Virus record (IMG/VR): IMGVR_UViG_3300034407_003683
Span: 20,867 to 84,866 of that record
Length of the DNA stretch: 64,000 nt
Source: a virus
Strand: one strand, 5' to 3'
This document shows positions 21,237-31,745 of the stretch, in pieces (the stretch's first letter is position 1; every line of letters starts with the position of its first letter). The notes beneath the pieces were generated by a model that did not search any database, was not told where the DNA came from, and saw only the letters and a list, made by a program, of their open reading frames with translations. The position numbers and the translations under genes were made by a program.

Positions 21237-21702
21237 CAACTGACAGCGCTTCAATTAAATTATGTGCTTTTCTTAATTTAGTTTTTGCTTCTTTGTCTTC
21301 AGAGTCTTTTACAAAATCTAATTCAAATAATTTAAGTTTAAACATAAAAAGTTTTTCTTTATCTCTTTTAGAATCAAATTTTTTAAAAATATATTCTGCC
21401 AATATTTCGTGCAATGCGCTATCAATATCATTAATATCATAAATCATACCGCGTTCTTTAGCAACTCTGATTACTTGATTTTCATATGCTTCTACTTGAT
21501 CACGAATATGCTTATAAGTTAATTCATGAAGTGTATCAATGTCAATGTACTCGAGCAACTTTTGCCAATTAGGATCACCTTCTTCAGCATTAATGACTAT
21601 TTCAATTGTCTCATCTGCATTTCCCCAATACGAAGTAACAATAGTTCTTTCATTATTTGAAAAGTGTGCAGTTAAAAATTCATATTTATTTGTATCAATC
21701 AT
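21214..21702 (-). CDS. Hypothetical protein at the end of the baseplate/virion operon
   Basis: 162 aa, 2 nt downstream of the 21705 stop. Its 3' end overlaps the convergent radical SAM gene. Confidence 0.7.
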   Translation of the reverse strand: MIDTNKYEFLTAHFSNNERTIVTSYWGNADETIEIVINAEEGDPNWQKLLEYIDIDTLHELTYKHIRDQVEAYENQVIRVAKERGMIYDINDIDSALHEILAEYIFKKFDSKRDKEKLFMFKLKLFELDFVKDSEDKEAKTKLRKAHNLIEALSVAIDLYKS

Positions 21703-21704
21703 CT

Positions 21705-22772
21705 CTATACGCCTGTCTTAAGATTATATGTACTTTGGATTACTGATGTTCCATCAGGGAATTCTTGTGCGCGATAATCGTCAGTATTAACATAACGCGT
21801 CTGATAGTTACCAGCACCGTTTAATTTGGTATCTGTAATTGCAGCACCAGCAGCAAAGTTACCAGTACCATTAATACTATAGTCTAAATTATTTGCCGCC
21901 CAATATCTAGCAGTATCTCTTAACCATGTTTCAAGTGTTGTCCAATCATATCTTCTCACACTGTTTGCTGTATCATGATATATCATATTATGTGGAAGTT
22001 CCATATGAATACCATTACCAAATAAGAGTTTATATTCAACTGCTGTAAATGGTTGATCTAATGCTTCTGGAATTCCGCCGGCAGAATATGCTGCAGTATT
22101 TGCTCGAGTATCATTAAATACTGTACCAACATCAGTGTAACCGGCACCATCAAAATTTGTTGCACCTTGATATGCTATAGCAGTATTATTCCAGAAAACA
22201 TATTGACCAGTCCATCCTAAAATGCCAGGATTACCAGGATTAAGTGCCGGAACAATAAGACTATTAATCACATCACTCATAGACATATGCTGAATTACTG
22301 GTTTTGAAAATGAATAGTAATTCATTCGTAATGGTCTTGGAAAATTATAGTCAAGAGATAATCCAGTAGTTTTGGTTTGCTCTATTCTAGAATAATTTAC
22401 AGTGACTGTAGATGGTTCGGCAGTCTCAGCTTCTGTAGGGAATCTTTCAACTCTAGTTAAGTATGCACCTGCCTGCAACCTTGTATCAGCCATTGTACCT
22501 AGGTTACCACCACTAGCTACATAACTTAGTATAACACTAGGATTTGTAGAATAGATATTTCTTATCCATTGATGTACTCTAGCCAATTCCTGGCTAGTCA
22601 TCTCGCGCAGACCATATGCTCCTGCACGATCTCTCATTCCATGGATTTTACCTATAGGTGTTCCGGCAGAATGTTCATCGGCCATGTTAGGGTTATATTC
22701 GACCTCATTACCTGTGATCTTACTTATACCCTTATGCCAATCAACAATAAGTGGTCTTATCGGTCTAGTCAT
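21705..22772 (-). CDS. Putative virion structural protein
   Basis: 355 aa in the late operon, with three loosely repeated DT(R/K) segments. No family recognised with confidence. Confidence 0.6.
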   Translation of the reverse strand: MTRPIRPLIVDWHKGISKITGNEVEYNPNMADEHSAGTPIGKIHGMRDRAGAYGLREMTSQELARVHQWIRNIYSTNPSVILSYVASGGNLGTMADTRLQAGAYLTRVERFPTEAETAEPSTVTVNYSRIEQTKTTGLSLDYNFPRPLRMNYYSFSKPVIQHMSMSDVINSLIVPALNPGNPGILGWTGQYVFWNNTAIAYQGATNFDGAGYTDVGTVFNDTRANTAAYSAGGIPEALDQPFTAVEYKLLFGNGIHMELPHNMIYHDTANSVRRYDWTTLETWLRDTARYWAANNLDYSINGTGNFAAGAAITDTKLNGAGNYQTRYVNTDDYRAQEFPDGTSVIQSTYNLKTGV

Positions 22773-22781
22773 ATTAAATCC

Positions 22782-23393
22782 TTAAGGTATTGTTACATCA
22801 CTGTCAGTAGAAAGTAGATAACCACCTAATATAATTGTGCCTACAGAATCTTTAATTGAGAATGGAAAGACATAAGAGAATGATTGACTGTCAAATGTAA
22901 GTGAACTATCAATTGTGAGATTTTGAATTGTGACATTACCAAAATGAGCACTGTCTGCACTAATTTTGTTAAATTTAGCACTATCAAAATTTAGATATTC
23001 ACCAGATAAATTTCTAATCCGAGCACTGTCAATGTCTGCGCTATCAAATCTTAAATGATGACCAGTTGCAATATTAAAATATCCACTATCAATATCTGCA
23101 CTATCGGCATAAAGATAATTTACTCTCAGTCTATTAATAACAGCACTATCTGCATATAATGTCTTAACACTAAAAGTACCACCGGAATCAAATAGTGCTT
23201 CTGTGATACTATCAACTAATTCATGAAGATAATTGAGTGCTGATACAAAGTTGGAATCATTTTTACCAAACCGCGATGAGTCAAATGCTGAATCTAAATT
23301 ATCCAGATCCCCCATATAATCAGACAACTTATTATTCTTTGCAACCCACGTGCCAATAGAATTAGATGTTTGAATTTGTATTTTACGTGCCAT
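22782..23393 (-). CDS. DS-saturated virion protein
   Basis: 16 DS in 203 aa by hand count. The N-terminal LSDYMGDLDNL...NFVSALNYL is paralogous to the next gene. Late promoter upstream. Confidence 0.75.
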   Translation of the reverse strand: MARKIQIQTSNSIGTWVAKNNKLSDYMGDLDNLDSAFDSSRFGKNDSNFVSALNYLHELVDSITEALFDSGGTFSVKTLYADSAVINRLRVNYLYADSADIDSGYFNIATGHHLRFDSADIDSARIRNLSGEYLNFDSAKFNKISADSAHFGNVTIQNLTIDSSLTFDSQSFSYVFPFSIKDSVGTIILGGYLLSTDSDVTIP

Positions 23394-23415
23394 TTCTTAT
23401 ACCATCCATTGAAAC

Positions 23416-23423
23416 TATTTATA
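23416..23423 (-). promoter_or_regulatory. T4-type late promoter TATAAATA (overlaps the upstream stop codon)
   Basis: Exact octamer 23 nt upstream of 23393. Confidence 0.75.
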
Positions 23424-24600
23424 ATCGCCCATCACTATCATATTGACTAATTAGGTATGCACCAAATAGTCTAACAGGTTGGAAAGATACTGGATTTATT
23501 GAATCAGAATATATTGATAATAATGAAGTATATCTAAAGTGGTTATCTACTTCATTATCAGTACCTAGACTATCATGCCATACAACTCTACCACTATCAA
23601 TTCTATATGGAAAAGCACTATCAAAACCAGAATCTGCAGAATCAAATATATATCCAAAGCTAATACTATCTGTAAATCTAGCATCAAAATCTAATGCAAA
23701 CCCATCCAATTTTATGATACCAGGTGCGGCAGTAATTGCTTGACCCCATGGTTGATCACTCAGATAAAATGACGAATCTTGTCTAAAATTAGGATCATTT
23801 GATGAATCAAAATAATAACTAGAATCTGTAGCTAATTTAAATATTCCAAATTTTGCGCTGTCATATCTCAGAGATGATGAATCATTAGTGTAACCAGAAT
23901 CCCATGGTCCTCTCTTACGGAATGGAAATGGGAAATTATTTCCCGGACCCGACAGATTAACTATATTTGCACTATCTAGGAATAATCCAAATTTTGGATT
24001 ACTGTCAAACCTAATTGCCCAATTTCCAATTGAATCACCAGAATCTAATGAATCACCAGGATTATAGAAAGAATATAATTCACTATCTGTATAGTGCCAT
24101 TCACCAACTCTTAAATAACCACCAGTAAAGTTATTAAGATAAGCACTATCAATTGTCACATTTAATCTATGAGGAAGTGGTCTATTGAATTGTGTATATG
24201 GTGGTAAGACCCAAGCACCAAATGAATCATGATATCCAAAACTACTATCCAAAGAATCTCTGAGAACAATAGAACTATCAATAATTGTAGACAATTTATC
24301 AACTTTAAGTCTACGAATAACGGCACTATCAGATACTAATGTTTTATTAAATCTTAGTGGTATATCACTATCGTTGCTGTCACCACCAAAGAGAACATTA
24401 TCAACAAGATCTAAATATTTGAATAAATGATTTGCTGCACTTACAAAATTATTATCTGTATTTGCTGCTGCAAACCCAGGGAGATAATCGGCAGTTTTAG
24501 CAAGATCATCTAGATCTTCTTGGTAGTCACTTATATCATTAAGCCCACCAATAAAATCTGTGAGAGTATCATTACTATCAAATAAAGATTTACGCGCCAT
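23419..24600 (-). CDS. DS-saturated virion protein
   Basis: About 29 DS in 393 aa by hand count. N-terminus (ISDYQEDLDDL...NFVSAANHL) is paralogous to 22782..23393. Confidence 0.75.
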   Translation of the reverse strand: MARKSLFDSNDTLTDFIGGLNDISDYQEDLDDLAKTADYLPGFAAANTDNNFVSAANHLFKYLDLVDNVLFGGDSNDSDIPLRFNKTLVSDSAVIRRLKVDKLSTIIDSSIVLRDSLDSSFGYHDSFGAWVLPPYTQFNRPLPHRLNVTIDSAYLNNFTGGYLRVGEWHYTDSELYSFYNPGDSLDSGDSIGNWAIRFDSNPKFGLFLDSANIVNLSGPGNNFPFPFRKRGPWDSGYTNDSSSLRYDSAKFGIFKLATDSSYYFDSSNDPNFRQDSSFYLSDQPWGQAITAAPGIIKLDGFALDFDARFTDSISFGYIFDSADSGFDSAFPYRIDSGRVVWHDSLGTDNEVDNHFRYTSLLSIYSDSINPVSFQPVRLFGAYLISQYDSDGRL

Positions 24601-24802
24601 TTAATTTATCCACAATCTGATTAAGCAAGATTTTTATATCATTAACATCATTTTTAAGTGTGTTAATTTCTTCTTTTTCTTTTTTTAACCTAGCTTTTCT
24701 TTCCTTGGCAGACTCAATAGCTGTCTTATCTGTATTTAATATAGCATATGATTCAGCATCTCTAATTAAATTTTGTTCATCTAGAACTCTAAAATAACTC
24801 AT
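24590..24802 (-). CDS. Small coiled-coil protein conserved after the DUF4815 gene in marine T4-like phages
   Basis: NLIRD..S.AILNTD...EINTLKNDVNDIKILLNQIV heptad pattern. Confidence 0.75.
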   Translation of the reverse strand: MSYFRVLDEQNLIRDAESYAILNTDKTAIESAKERKARLKKEKEEINTLKNDVNDIKILLNQIVDKLNGA

Positions 24803-26373
24803 TATACACTCAGTGCAATTACTCTTAAATCTTTAATAATTGGTCCTCGGGCGCGGCTAATAGATCTCATAACAATCTTTAACTGGAATGTGGTAAATTC
24901 CGGTAATGCTCCACCATCACCACCTGCAAGATATTGATATTCTCTGAATATATATGGATTTTCATCAGAAGGATTATTACTAGTTGTTGTAAGAGCAGTC
25001 CAATTAGTTGTTCTAATATCTCCATCTGCAGCTGCCGTTCTATAGTATACTAAGAAATCAGCAACCGGGGCTTTATTTGCAGCTAAAATAATTTTAAGAC
25101 CAACTGCAGGTTCTTTAAGAGTTATAGTTTTTGTAATATGTTTTGATGCAGATGATCCACCAGTAGGTTGTGTTTCATCAACATAATTTAGTGGAACATT
25201 AAATCCAGAAGTTGCGGCAGAATCTTGTTTATCAATAATTCTATCAATAAGTGTTATGGATGCTCTCTGCATATCCAACATTGGTGATACAATATTAGAA
25301 CCAGTAGAAAAATCAATATGATGTTCTAAAGATTTCACATTTGCACCTAATTCAGTTGTTTCAATATCATCATTTGCAACAACATAGGCTTTGCTTTTAT
25401 AAACGGTATTTAAAATTTGAGCCTGCTGCACTGTATTTTCTTTTGAATATGCAGTTTCCGAGCCAGCAAATGATTTACCGCCAGTACCTAATATCCCCGC
25501 TGAATAACTAGTATTTTCTGGAATCAGCAATTGTACATTAGAATAATATGTTGACCATGGAATATTTTTGGTTACATTAACTGTATTACCACCACCAATA
25601 GCATTTGATGTTGCAGTACCGCCGGCAGTAATTTCATACCCAGTCCAATCAACTGCTGTAATTGTTTTTGCAGTACCCATGATATCAGTAGTTGCCAAAC
25701 CGCCAATTGTTGATGCTGAATCCAATCCTCTAATTGTGACTGGATCATTTACGATAAACCCATGTCCAACATCAGCAATTCTTACAGTTGCACTAGAGGC
25801 AAATGTTTGTACTGGATCCAATCCCAACAACTTTTTAGGAAGTGAGGCATTCTTAAGTACTGCAGTACCGGTAGTGGCTGTAAAATTAGCTCTATGTATA
25901 ACAAAAGCCATATCTTGATCTTGGGCAGCGGTAAATGTTCCACCATTTGCTGAATAGAAAAGTGTACCCAATGCTGGGTTTCTGGCAATTCTTCCTGCAG
26001 TAGTACCTACTTCAAATTCATCAATTTGTGCAATAAAAATTTCTGCATTAGGCGATGATGAGATAACTACAATTGCATAATCAGTTAAACCTTTTAGATA
26101 AAGGGGTTCCTCAAAAGCAAATGTTGTTGTAAGTGATGCATCAGAACTACCATTAATATTACCACCATTGACGTATACAATTGATTGTGGTACTATTTCA
26201 GTTGTTGATGGAACTCCATTTACCATTGGTCTAATTTGTAAACAAACTGGATCAGCCCCTGCAGTTTTAAAATATAATTCTATCTTAGTAAGATAAACTC
26301 CAGTTGGTTCATCTACAAAAAAAGATTGTGCAATAGGATTTCTACTAATTTGATAACCGAGCGAGGTCGCCAT
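24802..26373 (-). CDS. Baseplate/virion structural protein corresponding to the C-terminal half of the usual DUF4815 protein
   Basis: Begins NPIAQSFFVDEPTGVYLTKIELYFKT and ends FTTFQLKIVMRS...PIIKDLRVIALSV, the tail portion of the large cyanophage-type baseplate protein. Confidence 0.75.
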   Translation of the reverse strand: MATSLGYQISRNPIAQSFFVDEPTGVYLTKIELYFKTAGADPVCLQIRPMVNGVPSTTEIVPQSIVYVNGGNINGSSDASLTTTFAFEEPLYLKGLTDYAIVVISSSPNAEIFIAQIDEFEVGTTAGRIARNPALGTLFYSANGGTFTAAQDQDMAFVIHRANFTATTGTAVLKNASLPKKLLGLDPVQTFASSATVRIADVGHGFIVNDPVTIRGLDSASTIGGLATTDIMGTAKTITAVDWTGYEITAGGTATSNAIGGGNTVNVTKNIPWSTYYSNVQLLIPENTSYSAGILGTGGKSFAGSETAYSKENTVQQAQILNTVYKSKAYVVANDDIETTELGANVKSLEHHIDFSTGSNIVSPMLDMQRASITLIDRIIDKQDSAATSGFNVPLNYVDETQPTGGSSASKHITKTITLKEPAVGLKIILAANKAPVADFLVYYRTAAADGDIRTTNWTALTTTSNNPSDENPYIFREYQYLAGGDGGALPEFTTFQLKIVMRSISRARGPIIKDLRVIALSV

Positions 26374-29300
26374 TTACTTATCTCTTTCCATATAATTAGC
26401 AATTCTACCAATTAATCTATACAAAGGCCTTACCGTTTTACCCGAAATAGCCTGTACTATTTTTTGTTTAGTATTAAGTGGTTTATTTTCAACAAGGTCT
26501 CTGTAATATTCTGTGAGGAATACACCACCTTTAGCCATAAATTGATGTTTTTTCACTTTATTTGCAATCCATGGTCCAATAATGTCATAACCTTTCATCA
26601 TCATAGGATCATTTCTTCTCATCATGATGCCATATTTCTTTGTAATTCTAAATAGGTTATCATCAATTAAGCCTAATCCAAATGTTGCGGTACAAATATG
26701 AGTACCACCACCGCCGCCGCCACCGCCGTCGTCACCGCCGTCATCATCTCCATCACCATAACCGCCCACACCACTGCCAACGCCTCCATAACCGCCAACA
26801 TCATCCGCGCTCTGGAAAAGGCTACCGCCACCACCACCATCTTCGTAGCCGCCACCACCACTAGAACGTCTGTTTTCAACATTTATTCTGTGTTCAACAT
26901 TTAGAACTCTGGTAGATTTAATAGTTTGATCAACAGTATCCAGCCAACCGGTCGCGGAATATAGTGCCCTAGCAATTGTACCTGAAGCATTTTCTCTATT
27001 TGAACTAATATCTAAGATTTTAAATTCAGTAACACCAGTTCTAAATCTAAGGGCATTTGTATTAGGAATAAAGAATGATCCTTCAACAGCACCATTAATA
27101 TCTGTTGTTAGTACAGAAGATCCATCCGGATGTTGTGTAGCATTATTCTGTGTATTACCATAATCAATCGGATCATTTGAAATGCGAGTAAAAGTTTCTT
27201 CTCTTACCCAAGCATCAACACGTATTCCATCAAAATATGCCCAAACCTTTGAATTAGGTCTTAGTCCTTGAGCCTTAAAGTATACCTTCCTTGATCTCAT
27301 GAAAGGAATGAGAGCGATATTAAGTACTCTTTGATCAACAACTTCAAGTAATGTTTCTTCCGAAACAACTTTATTTACATTGGAGATAATTTGTGAAGAT
27401 GTGGTATCGGTCTTTGTGTTTGTTGAGTGTCCAACATTTAGATTATCAATGCCGATGCCACCCCAGTTCCACTGCCAGTTATTCCAAAGATAAGCTTGTG
27501 TAGTATCTAGTTTTGTACCACCACTAATTGTTTTCTTGGCCCTTACATTTATTTCTCTCCATTCATCAGATGATGGTGAAATATCAATGTCACCATGATA
27601 TATTACTGTTTCAAATGGATTAATAACTGTTGATCTAGAAGCTTGATTCTGAGTAATAAATGGTACTTCAGTATATTTAAGATAGATATTATCACCCTTC
27701 TTAATTACATTAGTTGATTCTGCAGAATCATAAACTAGTCTAATATTATCTTCATTAAACCTAGCAGCAAGATAATTTAATTTAGGATCAATTGCTGCTC
27801 TATAATCATTTTCTCTAATTGCAGAAAATATTTGTGTAGAGAAATTGTCAACAAAGAATCCAGATTTTGTTCTATCATTACCTGCAGAATCAAACACTTG
27901 TAGATTCTTTGTATCCATTTCTAAAAGACTTAACGCAGTAACATCTTCTAGATTATCAACTCTTCTTTCCAACTCTGCAATATCACGCATAGTATACCTA
28001 CGATGATCAATTCTTTCCATATTTAAATCAGAATCATTAATCGTATTTGCATTAAATGTGATATTAAACAAAGGTAAGTTTTTAGGTGGAACTATAGGTC
28101 TTTGTGGATTAAGACTAGGTGTACCTTTACGAAGTATAATATCACCTTCAGTATTAATTGTTAAGATTGCACTCTGTGGTTGATAATAGTTAATATCAGC
28201 AGTAACTGTATCATTTACTTGTGGTAATTCATTAATTCTTGCACCTAAACCTGTAGATGCAAAGTTACCCGCGGAATCAACTACTGATCTAAAATCTAGT
28301 ACATTTCTAAGAGAAATAGTTCTACCAGTATTTAATGTATGTGCCGGAATATCTCTATAATCAACTTGACCGGTGTAAGAGTTAATAGCAAAGAAATCAC
28401 CATTCACACCATGGTTAAAATGCTTATACCTTACAAAGATAGGACCAGATGGAGCTGAATATCCTGGCTTAAGTAACAACTGGCCTTTGCCATAATAATT
28501 ATCTCTTTGACCATTATCCAAGTTAAATCTGTTACTTACATCAGTACCATTAGAATCAACGGTTGTAACTCTTATAACTTTAAAAATATCAGGTTTATCA
28601 AATTGAAAATTACCATTACCATCAACTGCTCGGGTAAGTGTTGTTTCATTAAGTGTTTTATTTCTAATGACGCCGACAGATTTATTAACATAAGCCAAAA
28701 TTTCTACAGTAGCACTTATAGGTAAGCCTGTTAAGTTTGCAGCAGTAGATCCTGCACCACTATTACCCACACTAGTAAGAATAATATCATCATTGGTTTC
28801 TGCATATATCCAATCATTCACGTTTGCAAATGTCTCACCAGTGGCTGTAAGTGAAATGGATGCTGCACCAGAACCATTTGTAGTAACTTGGAATCTTCGC
28901 TGTACTGTCAGAGAAATATCATCTAAAGCCTGAGGTCTAACTCTAGGTAATGAAAACAAACTTCTATTTTTGTTAACATCTTTTAATTCAGCTTTACTCA
29001 ATGGCCGATATAGATTAAAATAGCTACTAGATGAACTACCGATACTTATTGCATTTCTAAAATTCTGTCCGGCATTCATTTGAACATCAAACAAATAATA
29101 ACGATAATAATTACCGGTATCTTCGGTTACAGCCCTAACTCTACAAGTACCAATAGTAGATCCACCATGTGCAGCTGCAGTCCGAATATTTAGTGGTTCA
29201 AATGTATTAATATTTGGAAGACCAGCAGTATTATTAGCAACACCGGCATCAACCAAAACATAGTTACCATAATCAGCCGCAATTACCTCATTACTAATAG

Positions 29301-30363
29301 TGGAAGTAGTTGCAGGTTTTGTAATTCTTTGTTTTAATGGTGCGTGTAATATTGCTCTGTAACCATCAACAACTGCAACACCATCACTGATTTTCATAAT
29401 CAAATTATCTACATCTGAATCTTCTTCAAATGTAAGTTTAAATGGCTTTACCAGATAATCGCCAGAATTTTCTTTAATGCGCGTTGCGATAACATTGTTA
29501 ATAACATTGAATGAATTATTTTCATCAACCGTACGAGCAACAACTCCATCTTTCAATGTAACAACAGGAATAAAATTATCTGTTGATGTAATCTTTGATT
29601 GTATAGTTAACTGTAAAGTAATTCTAAGTCTATCGGCACCAGGTGATGAAATATTTGGTGTAGCGCCTTGATTATCATATAGCCCTGTGTCATCATCTAC
29701 AGTAACAATATCTTCAACAATTTTATATCCAACAACATCTGATGCAGTATCAGAATATCTACTTACAATTGTTGATTGTGCCTCAGTAAATACAAAGAAA
29801 CCTTTGGCAAAGTATATACCTTGTGAGATAGAAAATCGTGTGCCGCGGCCGACTGCAGGGTTAACAGCTGTATTTGTTGTCTGTACCTTAAGTGTTACAG
29901 CACCATTTGTAATTGTTTCACCCGGAGTGAATTTAACAGACGAAGCTCCAGCAACACCAGCCGGAGCATTTGTATATGCAACATAAATGGTCGTTGGATT
30001 GGCAGCGCCATCGGCAGCAGCTACTTCAATAATTCTTGCAGTTACACCAGAAGTATTACCTGTAAAAATAGTACCAATAATTGTAGTTGGATCTGACGGA
30101 GGTGCATAGCTAGAAATATCTAATTTTGCAAATTCATATGCATTATTAAGAATTGACTCACCAGGTTTTACAACTCCACCTTCCTTAAATAGGTTGGTTC
30201 CAACATGTCTAATTTGATTCTGCAGAATGGTTTGCATCTGTGTAAGTTCACGTGCTTGCAAAGGTCTGCCACTATTAAATAGGATTCTGTAGTAGCCATC
30301 ACTGTCTACAAAATCATCCTTGTAAGTGTTACTTAAAACTCTTGAATTTAGTGTGCTAGCCAT
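26374..30363 (-). CDS. DUF4815-family large baseplate/virion protein with a Gly-rich linker and a CFI-box-like C-terminal domain
   Basis: YKDDF...YYRILFNSGRPLQARELTQMQTILQNQI...FKEG and RYTMRDIAELERRVDNLEDVTALSLLE. C-terminal GGGGGGGTHICTA domain. Confidence 0.8.
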   Translation of the reverse strand: MASTLNSRVLSNTYKDDFVDSDGYYRILFNSGRPLQARELTQMQTILQNQIRHVGTNLFKEGGVVKPGESILNNAYEFAKLDISSYAPPSDPTTIIGTIFTGNTSGVTARIIEVAAADGAANPTTIYVAYTNAPAGVAGASSVKFTPGETITNGAVTLKVQTTNTAVNPAVGRGTRFSISQGIYFAKGFFVFTEAQSTIVSRYSDTASDVVGYKIVEDIVTVDDDTGLYDNQGATPNISSPGADRLRITLQLTIQSKITSTDNFIPVVTLKDGVVARTVDENNSFNVINNVIATRIKENSGDYLVKPFKLTFEEDSDVDNLIMKISDGVAVVDGYRAILHAPLKQRITKPATTSTISNEVIAADYGNYVLVDAGVANNTAGLPNINTFEPLNIRTAAAHGGSTIGTCRVRAVTEDTGNYYRYYLFDVQMNAGQNFRNAISIGSSSSSYFNLYRPLSKAELKDVNKNRSLFSLPRVRPQALDDISLTVQRRFQVTTNGSGAASISLTATGETFANVNDWIYAETNDDIILTSVGNSGAGSTAANLTGLPISATVEILAYVNKSVGVIRNKTLNETTLTRAVDGNGNFQFDKPDIFKVIRVTTVDSNGTDVSNRFNLDNGQRDNYYGKGQLLLKPGYSAPSGPIFVRYKHFNHGVNGDFFAINSYTGQVDYRDIPAHTLNTGRTISLRNVLDFRSVVDSAGNFASTGLGARINELPQVNDTVTADINYYQPQSAILTINTEGDIILRKGTPSLNPQRPIVPPKNLPLFNITFNANTINDSDLNMERIDHRRYTMRDIAELERRVDNLEDVTALSLLEMDTKNLQVFDSAGNDRTKSGFFVDNFSTQIFSAIRENDYRAAIDPKLNYLAARFNEDNIRLVYDSAESTNVIKKGDNIYLKYTEVPFITQNQASRSTVINPFETVIYHGDIDISPSSDEWREINVRAKKTISGGTKLDTTQAYLWNNWQWNWGGIGIDNLNVGHSTNTKTDTTSSQIISNVNKVVSEETLLEVVDQRVLNIALIPFMRSRKVYFKAQGLRPNSKVWAYFDGIRVDAWVREETFTRISNDPIDYGNTQNNATQHPDGSSVLTTDINGAVEGSFFIPNTNALRFRTGVTEFKILDISSNRENASGTIARALYSATGWLDTVDQTIKSTRVLNVEHRINVENRRSSGGGGYEDGGGGGSLFQSADDVGGYGGVGSGVGGYGDGDDDGGDDGGGGGGGGTHICTATFGLGLIDDNLFRITKKYGIMMRRNDPMMMKGYDIIGPWIANKVKKHQFMAKGGVFLTEYYRDLVENKPLNTKQKIVQAISGKTVRPLYRLIGRIANYMERDK

Positions 30364-30374
30364 TCTCTATACCT

Positions 30375-31730
30375 TTAGAATTGAATAATAACTTTAATAT
30401 CTTCATTTTGTGCAAGTGATCTGTCAACCGGTGATCTATTATCAATAAACAATACTTCACCAGTATTAGGAAGAACCTCAGGAGATCTTGCCGCAGAATC
30501 AATCACACCTTCGCCACCACCATTTGTTTCTTCAATGAGTTCCCCATTTTGGAAAGCCACAAATCCAGTATCTGATGTCTGATGATAATATAGAATGTTT
30601 GAATCAATTTCATCTATATAGGCCCTAGCTAAGGTCGTTTGGCCTTCAATGATTTTATCAACAGTAAAGTTTGTGATAACACTTGAAAGTGTCATTGACT
30701 TAAGAGCATTACCGGTTGATCTATTAAAGATGGCATTATTTGCATCCCTAATATCTCTAATTAAACCTACTTGTCTAAAGTCTTGGTTAATAATAAGATC
30801 ACTATCCGTACCAAGCAATTCCGAATGGAACATAATTGATGCAGATTTTAGATCTTCTCTTGGATCTCTACCAATACCTGAATCAGCACCCAATACTGCC
30901 CGAGCAGTTGCATTAAGAGAGGCACCACCACCAGTAATACTAATTACTGGGTTTGTATATCCAGAACCATGGCCTTTAACATCACCATTAGTACTATCTT
31001 CCATTCTAATTCTAACAACTTGACCAGTTGCAGAATCAATTGTAACATTAACATTGGCAGAAGAACCATTAGGATCACTAATAGTTACAGATGGAATGCT
31101 AGTATAACCAGCACCACCATTTGTAATAATAACACTAAGAATCTCACCAGGTACTGCGGCATTTTGTACTGCCGCTTGTTTTAATTGGATACCAGTTGAG
31201 TTTGAATCTGTCGCGCCTTGCAATTGTGTAGGCATAAAGTTTGATGACATAAAATTAATTGCTGATGCAGAACTAATTGTGTAAAGGAATTTCCAAACAT
31301 ATCCATCTGCTTCACGTCGTGCATCTAAATTAGAATGTGTAGGTTCAACAGTAGATGGTACAATTGAACCATTGGCATCTCTACCACTTTCCAAACATAC
31401 ATACACTTGCTGATTTTCGGTCATTACATAATAAGGACGAACTGGATATCCACCTTGTTGATCATCATACTGCGAATATGTAGCACCAGATGACCAGTTA
31501 TTTCTAGGAACAACCAGTGATGTAGCTTGAACTTTCTTTACAGACTGCAAACCATTTCTAAACCCTTGAACTTCGATAGGATTATTTACCGGAGTTGGAA
31601 CAGTATCGGATGAATCCCACTGTTCTGACCGGCCGATGCCTATATAATACTTTCTGGTATCAGCAGTAAACTGATCAAAGAAATCCTGAGCGATTTGCCT
31701 TCTAAGGGCGTCTGTTACAATTGCTGGCAT
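30375..31730 (-). CDS. gp8: Baseplate wedge subunit gp8
   Basis: YYIGIGRSEQW, NWSSGATYSQYDD, YYVMTENQQVYVCL, DGYVWKFLYTI and EDIKVIIQF. Confidence 0.9.
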   Translation of the reverse strand: MPAIVTDALRRQIAQDFFDQFTADTRKYYIGIGRSEQWDSSDTVPTPVNNPIEVQGFRNGLQSVKKVQATSLVVPRNNWSSGATYSQYDDQQGGYPVRPYYVMTENQQVYVCLESGRDANGSIVPSTVEPTHSNLDARREADGYVWKFLYTISSASAINFMSSNFMPTQLQGATDSNSTGIQLKQAAVQNAAVPGEILSVIITNGGAGYTSIPSVTISDPNGSSANVNVTIDSATGQVVRIRMEDSTNGDVKGHGSGYTNPVISITGGGASLNATARAVLGADSGIGRDPREDLKSASIMFHSELLGTDSDLIINQDFRQVGLIRDIRDANNAIFNRSTGNALKSMTLSSVITNFTVDKIIEGQTTLARAYIDEIDSNILYYHQTSDTGFVAFQNGELIEETNGGGEGVIDSAARSPEVLPNTGEVLFIDNRSPVDRSLAQNEDIKVIIQF

Positions 31731-31745
31731 TTTTTATATATCCTA

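Noticed and set aside
26464-26904. Several short His/Thr/Ala-rich ORFs in other frames
   Set aside because: Shadows of the GC-rich Gly linker of the DUF4815 gene.
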